53,536 nt of DNA from an uncultured Thiothrix sp. (GTDB lineage Bacteria > Pseudomonadota > Gammaproteobacteria > Thiotrichales > Thiotrichaceae), in assembly GCA_964544775.1 (NCBI GenBank), contig CAZJDN010000001.1, positions 1 through 53,536 of the forward strand. The letters run 5' to 3'. Shown one piece after another: positions 9,603-19,008 of this stretch; the first letter of the stretch is position 1, and each line of letters begins with the position of its first letter. A program made the translations under genes and the position numbers. The notes under the pieces were generated by a model. That model was not told the DNA's origin and did not search any database. It saw only the letters and a program-made list of their open reading frames with translations.

Positions 9603-9719
9603 GCCCCGCGTCTTAACTTTAACAACTAAATATAGTTAGTCAATGCTTGCGCAGCAACCGCCGTAGGCGGCTGTGGCATTTACTTGCTATATTTAGTTGT
9701 TACAATATTGCAGTGGGGC
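9603..9719 (+). promoter_or_regulatory. structured hairpin-promoter element E4 (compact)
   Basis: GCCCCGC...TAACAACTAAATATAG..AGTCAATGC [TTGC-GCA-GCAA, CCGCC-GTA-GGCGG] GCATTTACT..CTATATTTAGTTGTTA...GTGGGGC; TTTACT-16-TACAAT. Confidence 0.75.
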
Positions 9720-9723
9720 GCAC

Positions 9724-10710
9724 ATGAAACTTAAAGATGCAGTTATATCATATTCCGTATGTGCAGTTACAGGAATAGAATTTGCCGCATCACGTATAAC
9801 TAATGCATTGCGAGTAGTTCATCCAGAGTTACATGGGTTGACTCCTGCGGATGCACTGTCTATGCTGCACTCTTTAGAAAAGAGCTGGCAAGATATGAAT
9901 AAATACGTGGTATATGCACAACTACGGATGGCAACATTTACAGTGCTTAGACATTATGATGTACTGGATGTGGATTTTTGCGAGGCAGATACTATACATG
10001 TGGAACTGAGTCACCAGCACTTTGACCTTCTCAGTGTGGAGGCTGTGGAGGTACAGATGGAAATAGCGGCGGCACGTCTTATAACTCAGAATGCTAAGCT
10101 GATAGGCATGAGGCATGGCGAGATTCCACGAGTGAGGCTGTTACATAATGGTTGCTGTCAAGGGCTTTACTCATGCTTGATCAACGATGAGGACAAAGCC
10201 ATGGAAAGGCTTAGTCGTGAGACATGGCTCGGAGATAGCCACCTGCGCTGCGTTGTAGAAGAAGCAACTACAACTTTGGCAGTGGCATATAAGGATTTCA
10301 CAAGGTTCGCATTACTGGATGAAGAATGGGATGCTTTACGCACGTTGTATATTCACACCAAATATAGACGGGCATCGCTGCAACGAAGTTCATTTGACTT
10401 TGTAGAGTTAGCATTAAGGAAAGCATCACTGGCTTATATTGATCAGTGCGGCGGCAGCATAGCTGGCTACCCAACCACACTAGATTTCTTATCATTTACA
10501 TTACGAAGTAATCGACAACTTGCATTTGAGACCAAGACATTTATTCGTATGGTTGAAATTGCATTGAGATTTATTGGAGGCATACAATGGCAGCAATCAA
10601 AGCCAAAATCGGTAGTAAGTCTGGCGGCATCACAAGTTCAAGTAAAATTAAAGCAAAAATTGGCGGCAAAAGTCCTGACCAGTATGAAAGCCAAGACTTC
10701 ACCTCAGTAA
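9724..10710 (+). CDS. hypothetical protein
   Basis: ORF 9697..10710; ATG 9724 immediately after E4. Confidence 0.7.
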   Translation: MKLKDAVISYSVCAVTGIEFAASRITNALRVVHPELHGLTPADALSMLHSLEKSWQDMNKYVVYAQLRMATFTVLRHYDVLDVDFCEADTIHVELSHQHFDLLSVEAVEVQMEIAAARLITQNAKLIGMRHGEIPRVRLLHNGCCQGLYSCLINDEDKAMERLSRETWLGDSHLRCVVEEATTTLAVAYKDFTRFALLDEEWDALRTLYIHTKYRRASLQRSSFDFVELALRKASLAYIDQCGGSIAGYPTTLDFLSFTLRSNRQLAFETKTFIRMVEIALRFIGGIQWQQSKPKSVVSLAASQVQVKLKQKLAAKVLTSMKAKTSPQ

Positions 10711-12869
10711 GCAGCAAGCCCAACATGTATGCGGCAAAGCTTCCCAGCATGTTACCAATGTCTACTACAGTGATACCTAGACTCGGGACGGTGAGAAGTT
10801 TGTATAAGCCAATTCCATTGGATGCTACGCAGATGGCAGCGGTGAGGGACATCAGAGCGTTGCGCAGTTGCATGGTAATAGGGTCTGCTGGTGCGGGTAA
10901 GACAGCAGTTGCTGTTCAAGGTGTATTAGAAGCCGTGCGCTTCTGCCCACCGATGCTTGAGAAGAGCAATGCTCACTACCAAGACATTGAGCACTGCGAC
11001 CCAGATCATAAATATCTGCGGCGTGGAAACCCAGGGTTCATCGTAGTATCTCTCACTCGTAACGCTGTTGAGAACCTGATGGTTCGTCTACCGGACGCAT
11101 GGGACTACACTTATGAGGACGAGGACGGCGATACTGTAGACCTTGGTAGCGTTAATCTCCGGGATAACTGCATGACAATCCATAAGCTGTTGGAGTATCG
11201 CCCCCAACGCAGCACAATGGATAATGCTGGAGAAGGCGACGGTCAAATGTTCGTGCCGTATCGCACCCGCGAAAACAAGTTGCCCGGAGAAATTCGTGCA
11301 GTGCTGATAGACGAAGGTACTTTGGTACGCCTTGATTTACTCAGGGAGCTGATTGATGCCCTGCCAGAAGGGTGTGCAATCTTCGTATGCGGTGATATTT
11401 ATCAGATCAACGCTGTCGGCGGGTTATCTGTGCTTGCAGCATTTTCTACCTTCTACAATGTGCATGTATTAAGCAAGGTTTATCGTCACGAAGGTCACAT
11501 TGTACGGATGGCTAATGAAATCCGTATGCAGCGCACTCAATACTATGGGGCGAAAGTAAACTTACGTTACGGTGAGCCAATGCATGGTAGCGTACACATC
11601 ATTACCTATGCACATGAGAGGGCTGCCCCTGAACCAGCGTACATAGCTAATGGCAATTATCTGTATCAGGAGATTGTAAACGGTAAATTTGTACCGGGAC
11701 TCGACATGGCGATCAGCTTCCATGACCCTGACATCAGCACGATACCTAATAAGTTCGGCATCACTAACATCTTCCGTACTGCAACTCAACAGTTGGATGA
11801 GTATCTGGGTCGCAAGACTTACTATGTGCGCACGGCTAATCGTACATTTGGCGAGGAGAATGCGCACATTTTAGCAGCAGGAGATATTGTGTACGCAGAC
11901 ATTAACCAAGTCCGCAGTACCTACATGATCATGCGTATTACACGCAATCCTCAGCACAGTGGCGAGGTATTCCCTCCCATGACTTACCGCACTCGTGACC
12001 CTGTTCAGTGGTTAGAGTGGGCTAAGAGCGATAGTAATGTGTTGCATGGGCGTATGATGGATGCGGCGTTTAATGATGCGGCTGCGCTGGATACAGGAAG
12101 CGGGTTCGATGATATTGAAGGCAGTTTTGCTATGGACAAGGCTATTGCCGATAATGCGGAAGCAACTCGGGATAAGAGGGTCGAGCAGGATAAATTGGGG
12201 CGTAAAGCAACCCACAACCTGATTGTTCTCGACATCGGCGCGTTGTATCAGCATATCCTTACTCGCACAGAGACATCATATGACGCTGAGGTAGTTACTG
12301 AATACGCCATTAAGCGACTGCTACACGCTGCTATCGTGCTGGACTTCCGAGTTACTGAGGAAAGCAAGACCATCAGCGATGCGGAGTTTAAGAATTCCAT
12401 CGAGAAGGTAGCTGACATGTGCGATGTAGGGGGTTTTGTAAAAACTGAGTTGCAAAATCTCAATACTGGTGCGGCTATTAAGGGTATCAAGCCGTGGGTG
12501 CTGACAGCCCACGTATCCCAAGGCTCATCAGGGCGTCGTGTAGTGGTAATGACCCATCAAGATACACCAGGGTTTACTGAGTACGTCTATACCAGCTTTA
12601 CTCGTGCGAGATTTGAGCTTACTATGATCAGTCACGCGGCGCTTTGGGCACCAAACCCAGAGAACAACAAGCATCGAAGTGATATTCATAGCCCTCAAAT
12701 CGCAGGTGTAACTGTTCCTGAGAAGATTCGTACTATTGAAGACATGATCGCTAAGGGAAAAGGCGGGGTTACGTACAAGGATTTGGAATTCTTCAAGAAA
12801 TACATCTACGGTGACAAGAACTATCAGGCTTCACGAGATTGGGAGTCCAGTTACTTAGAGGAGGGCTAG
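10587..12869 (+). CDS. RecD/Dda-like superfamily 1B DNA helicase
   Basis: Walker A GSAGAGKT, TIHKLLEY, IDEGTLV, GDIYQINAV, LSKVYRH, LTAHVSQGS, YTSFTRAR; GGAGG RBS. Confidence 0.9.
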   Translation: MAAIKAKIGSKSGGITSSSKIKAKIGGKSPDQYESQDFTSVSSKPNMYAAKLPSMLPMSTTVIPRLGTVRSLYKPIPLDATQMAAVRDIRALRSCMVIGSAGAGKTAVAVQGVLEAVRFCPPMLEKSNAHYQDIEHCDPDHKYLRRGNPGFIVVSLTRNAVENLMVRLPDAWDYTYEDEDGDTVDLGSVNLRDNCMTIHKLLEYRPQRSTMDNAGEGDGQMFVPYRTRENKLPGEIRAVLIDEGTLVRLDLLRELIDALPEGCAIFVCGDIYQINAVGGLSVLAAFSTFYNVHVLSKVYRHEGHIVRMANEIRMQRTQYYGAKVNLRYGEPMHGSVHIITYAHERAAPEPAYIANGNYLYQEIVNGKFVPGLDMAISFHDPDISTIPNKFGITNIFRTATQQLDEYLGRKTYYVRTANRTFGEENAHILAAGDIVYADINQVRSTYMIMRITRNPQHSGEVFPPMTYRTRDPVQWLEWAKSDSNVLHGRMMDAAFNDAAALDTGSGFDDIEGSFAMDKAIADNAEATRDKRVEQDKLGRKATHNLIVLDIGALYQHILTRTETSYDAEVVTEYAIKRLLHAAIVLDFRVTEESKTISDAEFKNSIEKVADMCDVGGFVKTELQNLNTGAAIKGIKPWVLTAHVSQGSSGRRVVVMTHQDTPGFTEYVYTSFTRARFELTMISHAALWAPNPENNKHRSDIHSPQIAGVTVPEKIRTIEDMIAKGKGGVTYKDLEFFKKYIYGDKNYQASRDWESSYLEEG

Positions 12870-12872
12870 GTA

Positions 12873-13247
12873 ATGACAGCGACTACAGGTGAAGCCATTA
12901 ACAGCAACCCCTGCGAAACTGTTGACAGCAGACTACAATCAGTGATGGATGGAATAAAGGATGGGGCTAAACCCCATCCTTCCGAACTTCCTGTGAGGGC
13001 AATCGTGGAAGGGCAGTTTTGTTTAAATTGTTTCTCACATGCTGACAGCCTTGCCGCGTGGGTGCAATTATTTCACTACTGTAAGCACTGCGCCCCCAAG
13101 GAAGAACGTAATAGACTTATTCAACCCATCAATCGCTTATTTAGACCGCAACGACACCCAGAACAGGACGTGTATTATTTCTATGGGTATCTGCTGGGGT
13201 TCAGGACAGTGTGCAGTTGGCATCCCTCCGGGGCTGCCGCAGGATAA
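12873..13247 (+). CDS. hypothetical protein with CxxC motifs
   Basis: GAGGAGG RBS; CLNC and CKHC. Confidence 0.6.
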   Translation: MTATTGEAINSNPCETVDSRLQSVMDGIKDGAKPHPSELPVRAIVEGQFCLNCFSHADSLAAWVQLFHYCKHCAPKEERNRLIQPINRLFRPQRHPEQDVYYFYGYLLGFRTVCSWHPSGAAAG

Positions 13248-13353
13248 CACACCAGCCTAAGCATTTGTCAAGGCTTGCGCAGCAACCGCCGAAGGCGGCT
13301 GCGGTCTTGACTAATGCGTCTGGTGTGTTTTAATTAATTCAGCCCGGAGGGAT
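13222..13353 (+). promoter_or_regulatory. structured hairpin-promoter element E5
   Basis: ATCCCTCCGGGGCTG...AACACACCAG-CCTAA-GCATTTGTCAAG [TTGC-GCA-GCAA, CCGCC-GAA-GGCGG] CTTGACTAATGC-GT-CTGGTGTGTT...CAGCCCGGAGGGAT; spacers 16/19. Confidence 0.8.
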
Positions 13354-13357
13354 AGCA

Positions 13358-13696
13358 ATGGGCACATACGAGATAAGACTTATGATGTGGCTAAGCTACT
13401 GGCTTACTGCTACTGATGAAGAATATACTCAGATGTTCTTCTCTGATTTGCATGGTCGCAACCTTCACATGGACATGTGCAACCAAGTTGGTAATAAACG
13501 ATTGCCTTGGATACCCGCTCCAACAGCTGCTGTCGAATGCGGGGCTATATGTGCGTGTGGTATGCAGTACCGAGAGTGGGCACACCATCAAGGGATTGAT
13601 ATTCTTGATAGCTGTCCTTGCTGTCAGGGGTTTATACAAACTAACGAAACCATGACTAAGTTGGCGCGAGGATTATTAACATGGCAAAGACGGTAA
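13358..13696 (+). CDS. small Cys-rich hypothetical protein, possibly Zn-binding
   Basis: RBS lies in the E5 outer stem; CGAICACG and CPCC. Confidence 0.65.
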   Translation: MGTYEIRLMMWLSYWLTATDEEYTQMFFSDLHGRNLHMDMCNQVGNKRLPWIPAPTAAVECGAICACGMQYREWAHHQGIDILDSCPCCQGFIQTNETMTKLARGLLTWQRR

Positions 13697-14223
13697 AGCA
13701 GTTCGGAGAGACTTCTGATGATGAGTCCATAGGCATGTTGATAACATTGAAGCTGTTATACATGTTTTATGAGCAGGCAATATGGTGTTTACCAGAGAAG
13801 AAATCCACCGCACACACGCTCATGAGCGCATTGGTGAATCGTAACTTAGGTCACAAGACGCAGGTGCTCATCAGCGAGACTGACTTCCCTAGTGGCAGGT
13901 TTCCCTTAGAGTCTGTATTGAGAGACAGGCTTGCTAACAATACCCACTGTGGTTATCTGGGGGCTGTCCCGAATAAGGCGTGGATGGATGCATTCGACTG
14001 GTATACATCACAGGGGTACGATTTTATACGTCACATTCCTGCGAGGTCTTTATTGAAGATTTCCAATGTCATATTGCAGGCTATCCCGTTCAAGCGACTT
14101 ATTCGTAAACGCGACTCTGGCGCAATATACCATATGATGTCTGGTGACGGACGGTTTCATGTAGAATCCACGATCTACTACGAACTTGAATTTACATTTC
14201 GTGCAGTAAGAGTAGGAGCATAA
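13681..14223 (+). CDS. hypothetical protein
   Basis: 180-aa ORF with GAGG RBS, in operon. Confidence 0.7.
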   Translation: MAKTVKQFGETSDDESIGMLITLKLLYMFYEQAIWCLPEKKSTAHTLMSALVNRNLGHKTQVLISETDFPSGRFPLESVLRDRLANNTHCGYLGAVPNKAWMDAFDWYTSQGYDFIRHIPARSLLKISNVILQAIPFKRLIRKRDSGAIYHMMSGDGRFHVESTIYYELEFTFRAVRVGA

Positions 14224-14225
14224 TC

Positions 14226-14738
14226 ATGGCAACATTAAAAGCCAAACTGCCTGGGCTGACCACCGCAGTAGATAAGCAAGGCGTAACCACCATCGCAGCA
14301 AAGATTCAGAAAGCTGCTTCCGGCGGCAAGCCAAAGCCGTTAGCTACGCCATTGCCGATAGGTACTTTGGTAGATGCCGCTTTCCCTCAGAAGGGGGCGC
14401 ATTTCTCTACCAATCCTCAGATGGAAGCTAAGTTTAAAATGCTGGCTGATAATCTGGAGCGCGAGGCAGAGTTACCGAAAGGTAGCTGGGCAATGACATT
14501 GATGAAGCTGTCAAAGGCGCTGGCTGACGAGCCGGAAGTTATCACTACTCTTACCAGAGAAGCAAAGGCTCAATACTTTACTGCCATCAAGAAGTGGAGT
14601 ACCAGTTCCACAGCTCACGGTGCAGCTCAGAGCATGAGTGATGATGCCGCAATGAAACATGCAGAGAAGTTGGCGGCTCAGGCTGATCAGTTAGAGCTGG
14701 ACTCATCAATGGCAGATGGAATGAACTGGACTATTTAG
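14226..14738 (+). CDS. hypothetical protein
   Basis: 170-aa ORF, AGGAG RBS, Lys-rich N-terminus. Confidence 0.75.
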   Translation: MATLKAKLPGLTTAVDKQGVTTIAAKIQKAASGGKPKPLATPLPIGTLVDAAFPQKGAHFSTNPQMEAKFKMLADNLEREAELPKGSWAMTLMKLSKALADEPEVITTLTREAKAQYFTAIKKWSTSSTAHGAAQSMSDDAAMKHAEKLAAQADQLELDSSMADGMNWTI

Positions 14739-14747
14739 GAGGCTGTC

Positions 14748-15875
14748 ATGAGGCTTGCAGCTAAATCAAGTAGAGAGGATGCAGTAACCTATATGCAGAA
14801 CCAAACCATCAGCCCAAGTTTGTTAAAGGACATGAGCGATTGCGAACGAGAAGCCATGCTGTACCGTATGCGGGGCATGGACAAATACGACCCAGCTCAT
14901 GCAGACTTTGGCAGTGCATTCGGAGCTGCGGCAGCGTATATAGCAATGCATCCAGATGAGCCACGAAATATGGCATTGGGCGGAGCTTATGCCTGCGCAT
15001 CGGTACACTTCAAGCTTCTCCAATCATTTGGGTCAAAGGATTTTGGCACACTTATCCAGTGCATTGATACATTCTACGACATCTGGATGCGTGACTACGC
15101 TACCGAATGGGTAGGGTACGCTACTGAGACTCGTATACTCATTGAGGTAGTATGTCTTGATGGGTTCAGTTATGTATTGGGAGGTGCATACGATCTTGAA
15201 GCCACTCGACTTGTAGTGAGCGAAGATGGGAGCACAGTGTTAGGAGTAGAAGGTCGCATCTTTGACTTCAAGGCTGTCGCCAGTGAGTACATGTACAATT
15301 GGGGCACAGACCCACAGATAATGCATTACTCTCTGTTACGGTACATTACTCGGGAAGTGTTGCAAGATGGCACTCCAGAGATTAATGGGCTAGGCTGTTA
15401 CTTTGTAGGTGTCATTACTGGTGAAGGCGTGGTAATGCACCAGCGTTACAACACCAAGGGCGCATGGCGTATGGTGCAGTCTCACTTACATCGCTGTCGT
15501 GAGACAGCCAGAAGACTTGCACAAGCTGGCGATGAGCTGGAGATACTTGGAGAAGCTCATTGTTTGGAAGCAAATGGCAGGCGTTGCGAAGGTCGGTACA
15601 AATGCAAGCATCACGATAAATGCTACGGAGGCGAGGCATTTACCTTTAGACCGGGCGCTGATACTCGTACCTTCAACAAGATAGTGAGGCTGCAAATAAC
15701 AGAAGAAATGTTGTTTGATCTGGCTAAACGATTTGCAGAAGGCTTAGGTGAAACAGAAACTATTGAGGCTGCTGTCCTAAGTGCTGAGGTTGAAGCACTG
15801 TTAAACGGTGACAATGACGATGGCTTGGCTCTGCTTACTTCTGATAACAGCAGTTTGAGTCTTTTTATTGATTAA
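14748..15875 (+). CDS. PD-(D/E)XK exonuclease, Cas4/AddB-like
   Basis: N-terminal ISPSLL..C, YATE, GAYD, FDFK, QIMHY and C-terminal C...C..C cluster (split Fe-S ligand pattern). Confidence 0.75.
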   Translation: MRLAAKSSREDAVTYMQNQTISPSLLKDMSDCEREAMLYRMRGMDKYDPAHADFGSAFGAAAAYIAMHPDEPRNMALGGAYACASVHFKLLQSFGSKDFGTLIQCIDTFYDIWMRDYATEWVGYATETRILIEVVCLDGFSYVLGGAYDLEATRLVVSEDGSTVLGVEGRIFDFKAVASEYMYNWGTDPQIMHYSLLRYITREVLQDGTPEINGLGCYFVGVITGEGVVMHQRYNTKGAWRMVQSHLHRCRETARRLAQAGDELEILGEAHCLEANGRRCEGRYKCKHHDKCYGGEAFTFRPGADTRTFNKIVRLQITEEMLFDLAKRFAEGLGETETIEAAVLSAEVEALLNGDNDDGLALLTSDNSSLSLFID

Positions 15876-15907
15876 TTAGACGCCGCAAGGCAAGGAGGAC
15901 TACGCCT

Positions 15908-16810
15908 ATGGCATCCCCGAGTAAGAATGCTCTAGCTGAGAAGTTAGGTGGCTTAAAAGCCAAGACCCGCAAGTATGTGCAGGTTACGCCTAACATGCTT
16001 AAGTTTTTGAAGAGCGGTAAGAAGCTTGTCATCTACGGACAGAGTGGTTCAGGCAAAACATGGCTGATACGGGCACTGCTCAAGGTTCGTAAAGTAATCT
16101 ACATTGACTTGGACGGGAACACTGAGCCGTTTTATGACCTGCCAGATGACTTACTGGCAAATCTCACAGTGTTTCCACTGCGCGACAACCCAGAGAATCC
16201 TACTGTAGCGTCAGCGTTGGCAGCATTCTCTCGCACTCGCAAACTTACAGCATGTAAGGCGCACTTCATGCACGAGTGCCCTATCTGTGATAGCAACAGT
16301 GACGCTGAATGGTATGAGCTGGAGGGCAGTCTTATAGATGTTCTCGATGCTGTCATTGTTGTAGATAGCTGGGGAGTAGTGCATGAAAGTGCCACCAATG
16401 CCATGTACAATTACCATGCTCTTGAAGATTTGGTAAAGCCAGACTTGCAGAACTATGGTGCTGTTAACCGAGTTGATAGCCTAGCCTTGCAGGTAATGGG
16501 GCGAAGCAACTACGATGTGCTTATTATCACTCATGAAATCAACCTTACTAGCATGATTGATCGTAACGCTAAACCTGATTATATTCCGCTGTTAGGTTCA
16601 AATAACCTGAGCCTCAATAGCTTGAAAATGTTCAATGGTGTGTGGGCACTCACACACTATACGAAGCCCCTGTTAATGACTGCGGCAGTTGGGCAAGCTC
16701 ACCGAGCTATCACTCACGGAAGTGCAGAAGCGTATGCTTCAAAAGCTGCGCAAGCAGCAGTGGGTAATAGTGAGGCAGTGGTCAGGTTCTTCTCAAGAAC
16801 CACCTCTTAA
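15908..16810 (+). CDS. P-loop ATPase, AAA_24/Sak4-like
   Basis: IYGQSGSGKT, YIDLDG, IVVDSW, IITHE; lies between exonuclease and SSB-like gene. Confidence 0.8.
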   Translation: MASPSKNALAEKLGGLKAKTRKYVQVTPNMLKFLKSGKKLVIYGQSGSGKTWLIRALLKVRKVIYIDLDGNTEPFYDLPDDLLANLTVFPLRDNPENPTVASALAAFSRTRKLTACKAHFMHECPICDSNSDAEWYELEGSLIDVLDAVIVVDSWGVVHESATNAMYNYHALEDLVKPDLQNYGAVNRVDSLALQVMGRSNYDVLIITHEINLTSMIDRNAKPDYIPLLGSNNLSLNSLKMFNGVWALTHYTKPLLMTAAVGQAHRAITHGSAEAYASKAAQAAVGNSEAVVRFFSRTTS

Positions 16811-16842
16811 TGTAATCCTTAACCCTAATGGAGATAATTCTC

Positions 16843-17556
16843 ATGAATACTTACGAAGAAAATGTTGGCACTGATACCGTTGTTGATGCTGGCGATGACG
16901 CGCTGTTTGAATCTGCGACTGAAATCGACTTTGACTCAATGGAAACTGATTCCGCGGAAGAGTTTGCGAGTGCGGATACGAGTCGTGCATTACCAGCAGG
17001 TAACTATGTTCTGATGCTTACTCTGCTTGACCCTGTTCACCCTAAAGACTTGAAAGGTACTACGGAAGAACGCATCAAGCGCAGCAGCTACTACATGGAA
17101 CTGCGCCAAAACAAGCCACCTATCCTGCATCTGGCTCAAAAGGTTGTTCAGGTGGAAGTTCTGTACAACATCGACGAAGACAGTCCGATGGCATGGAAGT
17201 TCCAAGCTCGCTACGGCATCATCAACAAGACAGACAACAAGTCTGGCAAGGCAGGTGAAATCAATACCATCAGCCGCCAACAGTATGCTGCCTTGTGTCA
17301 AGCTGCCTACCGTGAAGCCAACGGACTCACTGAGAAGGAAGTGAAAGAGCAAGTGAAAGCTGGCACTATCACTACTTCTATGCTGGAGGACACTTTGAAC
17401 GAGTTCGTATGTGCCGCTAAACTCAGCTATCGTGAAAACGAACAGGTGGGTGAAGGCGGTGAACCAACAGGTCGTGTGTTCGAGTCCAACGACATCATTG
17501 CGTCTACAGTGACTCTGCTGCCCCCTGACATGGTGGCTGCTATCACCGCCGGATGA
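16843..17556 (+). CDS. probable single-stranded DNA-binding protein
   Basis: Acidic N-terminus followed by LPAGNY motif; position after a Sak4-like ATPase; GGAG RBS; function inferred from context. Confidence 0.5.
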   Translation: MNTYEENVGTDTVVDAGDDALFESATEIDFDSMETDSAEEFASADTSRALPAGNYVLMLTLLDPVHPKDLKGTTEERIKRSSYYMELRQNKPPILHLAQKVVQVEVLYNIDEDSPMAWKFQARYGIINKTDNKSGKAGEINTISRQQYAALCQAAYREANGLTEKEVKEQVKAGTITTSMLEDTLNEFVCAAKLSYRENEQVGEGGEPTGRVFESNDIIASTVTLLPPDMVAAITAG

Positions 17557-17591
17557 TTTAATCATCTGGCTTAATCAACTACCCAATGAGG

Positions 17592-17613
17592 ACGGGCTAG
17601 GCAACTAGCCCGT
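17592..17613 (+). terminator. stable hairpin after the SSB-like gene
   Basis: ACGGGCTAG-GCAA-CTAGCCCGT; no clear U-tract. Confidence 0.4.
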
Positions 17614-17619
17614 ACTGCT

Positions 17620-17991
17620 GTGCTACTACGCTATACCCAAGCTTACGCGGCGGTGAAGCCGCACATTCATAATAACTCGGACATTTCGTGTATCTGGATA
17701 GAGTTCCTCGGCGAAACGATGGACGAATGGTATCCATGTGCGCCAAATGATCAAGTTATTTCTGCTGAATCCGTCCTGTGCATCGCCATCCCAAACCCTG
17801 TGGTATCGGGCATTAGCGAAGACACAACGATTAACGCAATCATACGGGCATTGGAAAGAGAGTTATCGAGCGACAGTGCTACGATCGCAGAGCAAGTCTA
17901 CATGCTTATACATCCGGCTATTGCCAGCTTCTACGACTTTTCTTCTGACTGCCCCTCTTTCATTTACGTGATAGGGAGTAATTCGTTATGA
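17620..17991 (+). CDS. hypothetical protein
   Basis: 123-aa ORF; stop overlaps the next start (ATGA); start uncertain. Confidence 0.5.
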   Translation: MLLRYTQAYAAVKPHIHNNSDISCIWIEFLGETMDEWYPCAPNDQVISAESVLCIAIPNPVVSGISEDTTINAIIRALERELSSDSATIAEQVYMLIHPAIASFYDFSSDCPSFIYVIGSNSL

Positions 17992-18590
17992 AGATTCTAA
18001 CCCTTACGGAAAACGAGCTACGTGCATTCTTAGCTCCTCCTCCAATGAGGGCAAATGAGCATCATAGGTATGCGCCTTTGCCGGTGCTAGACCCAGGATT
18101 GCAATTCGAGCACTCCAAGATACAGGGGAACTTCCATGCCTACGCCAACAGACCCAACCCAATGCCGGAAGGCATTAAGGGGGATTCTGAGAACTATGAT
18201 GATCTCGAAATTGGTTGGATTGCCGACTATCCCTCCTATCAATCGTATGCACCGTCTTGGCACGACGGAAACACGGACGGCTCCCCTTCCGCAGATACAG
18301 TTGAAGTGACCAGAGGGACGGAGCTTTTTGGATTTGCTCGATACTCAAGAGTCATTGATGCAAATGCAGATTCAGAGACACTACGAGCTATCTCTGCACA
18401 TGACGCGGGATTGGCTGAAAGTCAACCCGTATTTAATACGCCCAGAACAGGAGTGCCTGTATATGAACAACCCAGACCAACAACAGCCAGCCAAGCCTGC
18501 ATCATTGGCGGAATCACTGACGATGAAGCCAGAGCTTTCGCCGACTGTGCAGCAGGAGCAGGGCACTGCCAAACCTCAAGCAAATGTTAA
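17988..18590 (+). CDS. hypothetical protein
   Basis: 200-aa ORF with GGGAG RBS. Confidence 0.6.
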   Translation: MKILTLTENELRAFLAPPPMRANEHHRYAPLPVLDPGLQFEHSKIQGNFHAYANRPNPMPEGIKGDSENYDDLEIGWIADYPSYQSYAPSWHDGNTDGSPSADTVEVTRGTELFGFARYSRVIDANADSETLRAISAHDAGLAESQPVFNTPRTGVPVYEQPRPTTASQACIIGGITDDEARAFADCAAGAGHCQTSSKC

Positions 18591-18837
18591 GCTGTGGTCT
18601 TCAGACCCAGCCCCTACACTTGAACTGCGCTTGCCATTACCGCCGTGGGTATATGATCTGTTTCAGGCATATTTTACAGATAAAATTGATCTGGTGGAGT
18701 TTACCAGTAAGATGAAGTCCGCAGGTATGGCAGTGAAGTTCCACAAAGGGGGCGCGTTGGTGTGCAAGAAACAGCACTTCACCGACCTGAATGGCGAAAC
18801 AGCCCTGCTTATGGGGACAGCCTTAATCGAGTGGTAG
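18463..18837 (+). CDS. hypothetical protein
   Basis: Part of ORF 18328..18837; ATG 18463 follows AGGAG. Confidence 0.6.
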   Translation: MNNPDQQQPAKPASLAESLTMKPELSPTVQQEQGTAKPQANVKLWSSDPAPTLELRLPLPPWVYDLFQAYFTDKIDLVEFTSKMKSAGMAVKFHKGGALVCKKQHFTDLNGETALLMGTALIEW

Positions 18838-18860
18838 GCGTTAGCGCTAGAGGGCAGTAT

Positions 18861-19003
18861 TACTTCCCCCCGGCGCAAGATCAGCATAAAACAACTTAAC
18901 TAGGTTGTCAAGGGCGCAGTCAGCTCCGCTGATGCGCGGCTATGCCGCGCACCCTTGACAACCTATTTCAGTTGTTTTTTAATTAATTCATGCCGGGAGG
19001 GTA
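18861..19003 (+). promoter_or_regulatory. structured hairpin-promoter element E6
   Basis: CCCCCCGGC...AAAACAACT..TAGGTTGTCAAGGG [TCAGC-TCC-GCTGA, TGCGCGGC-TAT-GCCGCGCA] CCCTTGACAACCTA..AGTTGTTTT...GCCGGGAGGGTA; includes the polymerase RBS. Confidence 0.85.
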
Positions 19004-19008
19004 GTTAT

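Noticed and set aside
14748-15875. Cas4 as part of a CRISPR-Cas system
   Set aside because: No array or other cas genes; it sits in a standard phage recombination module.
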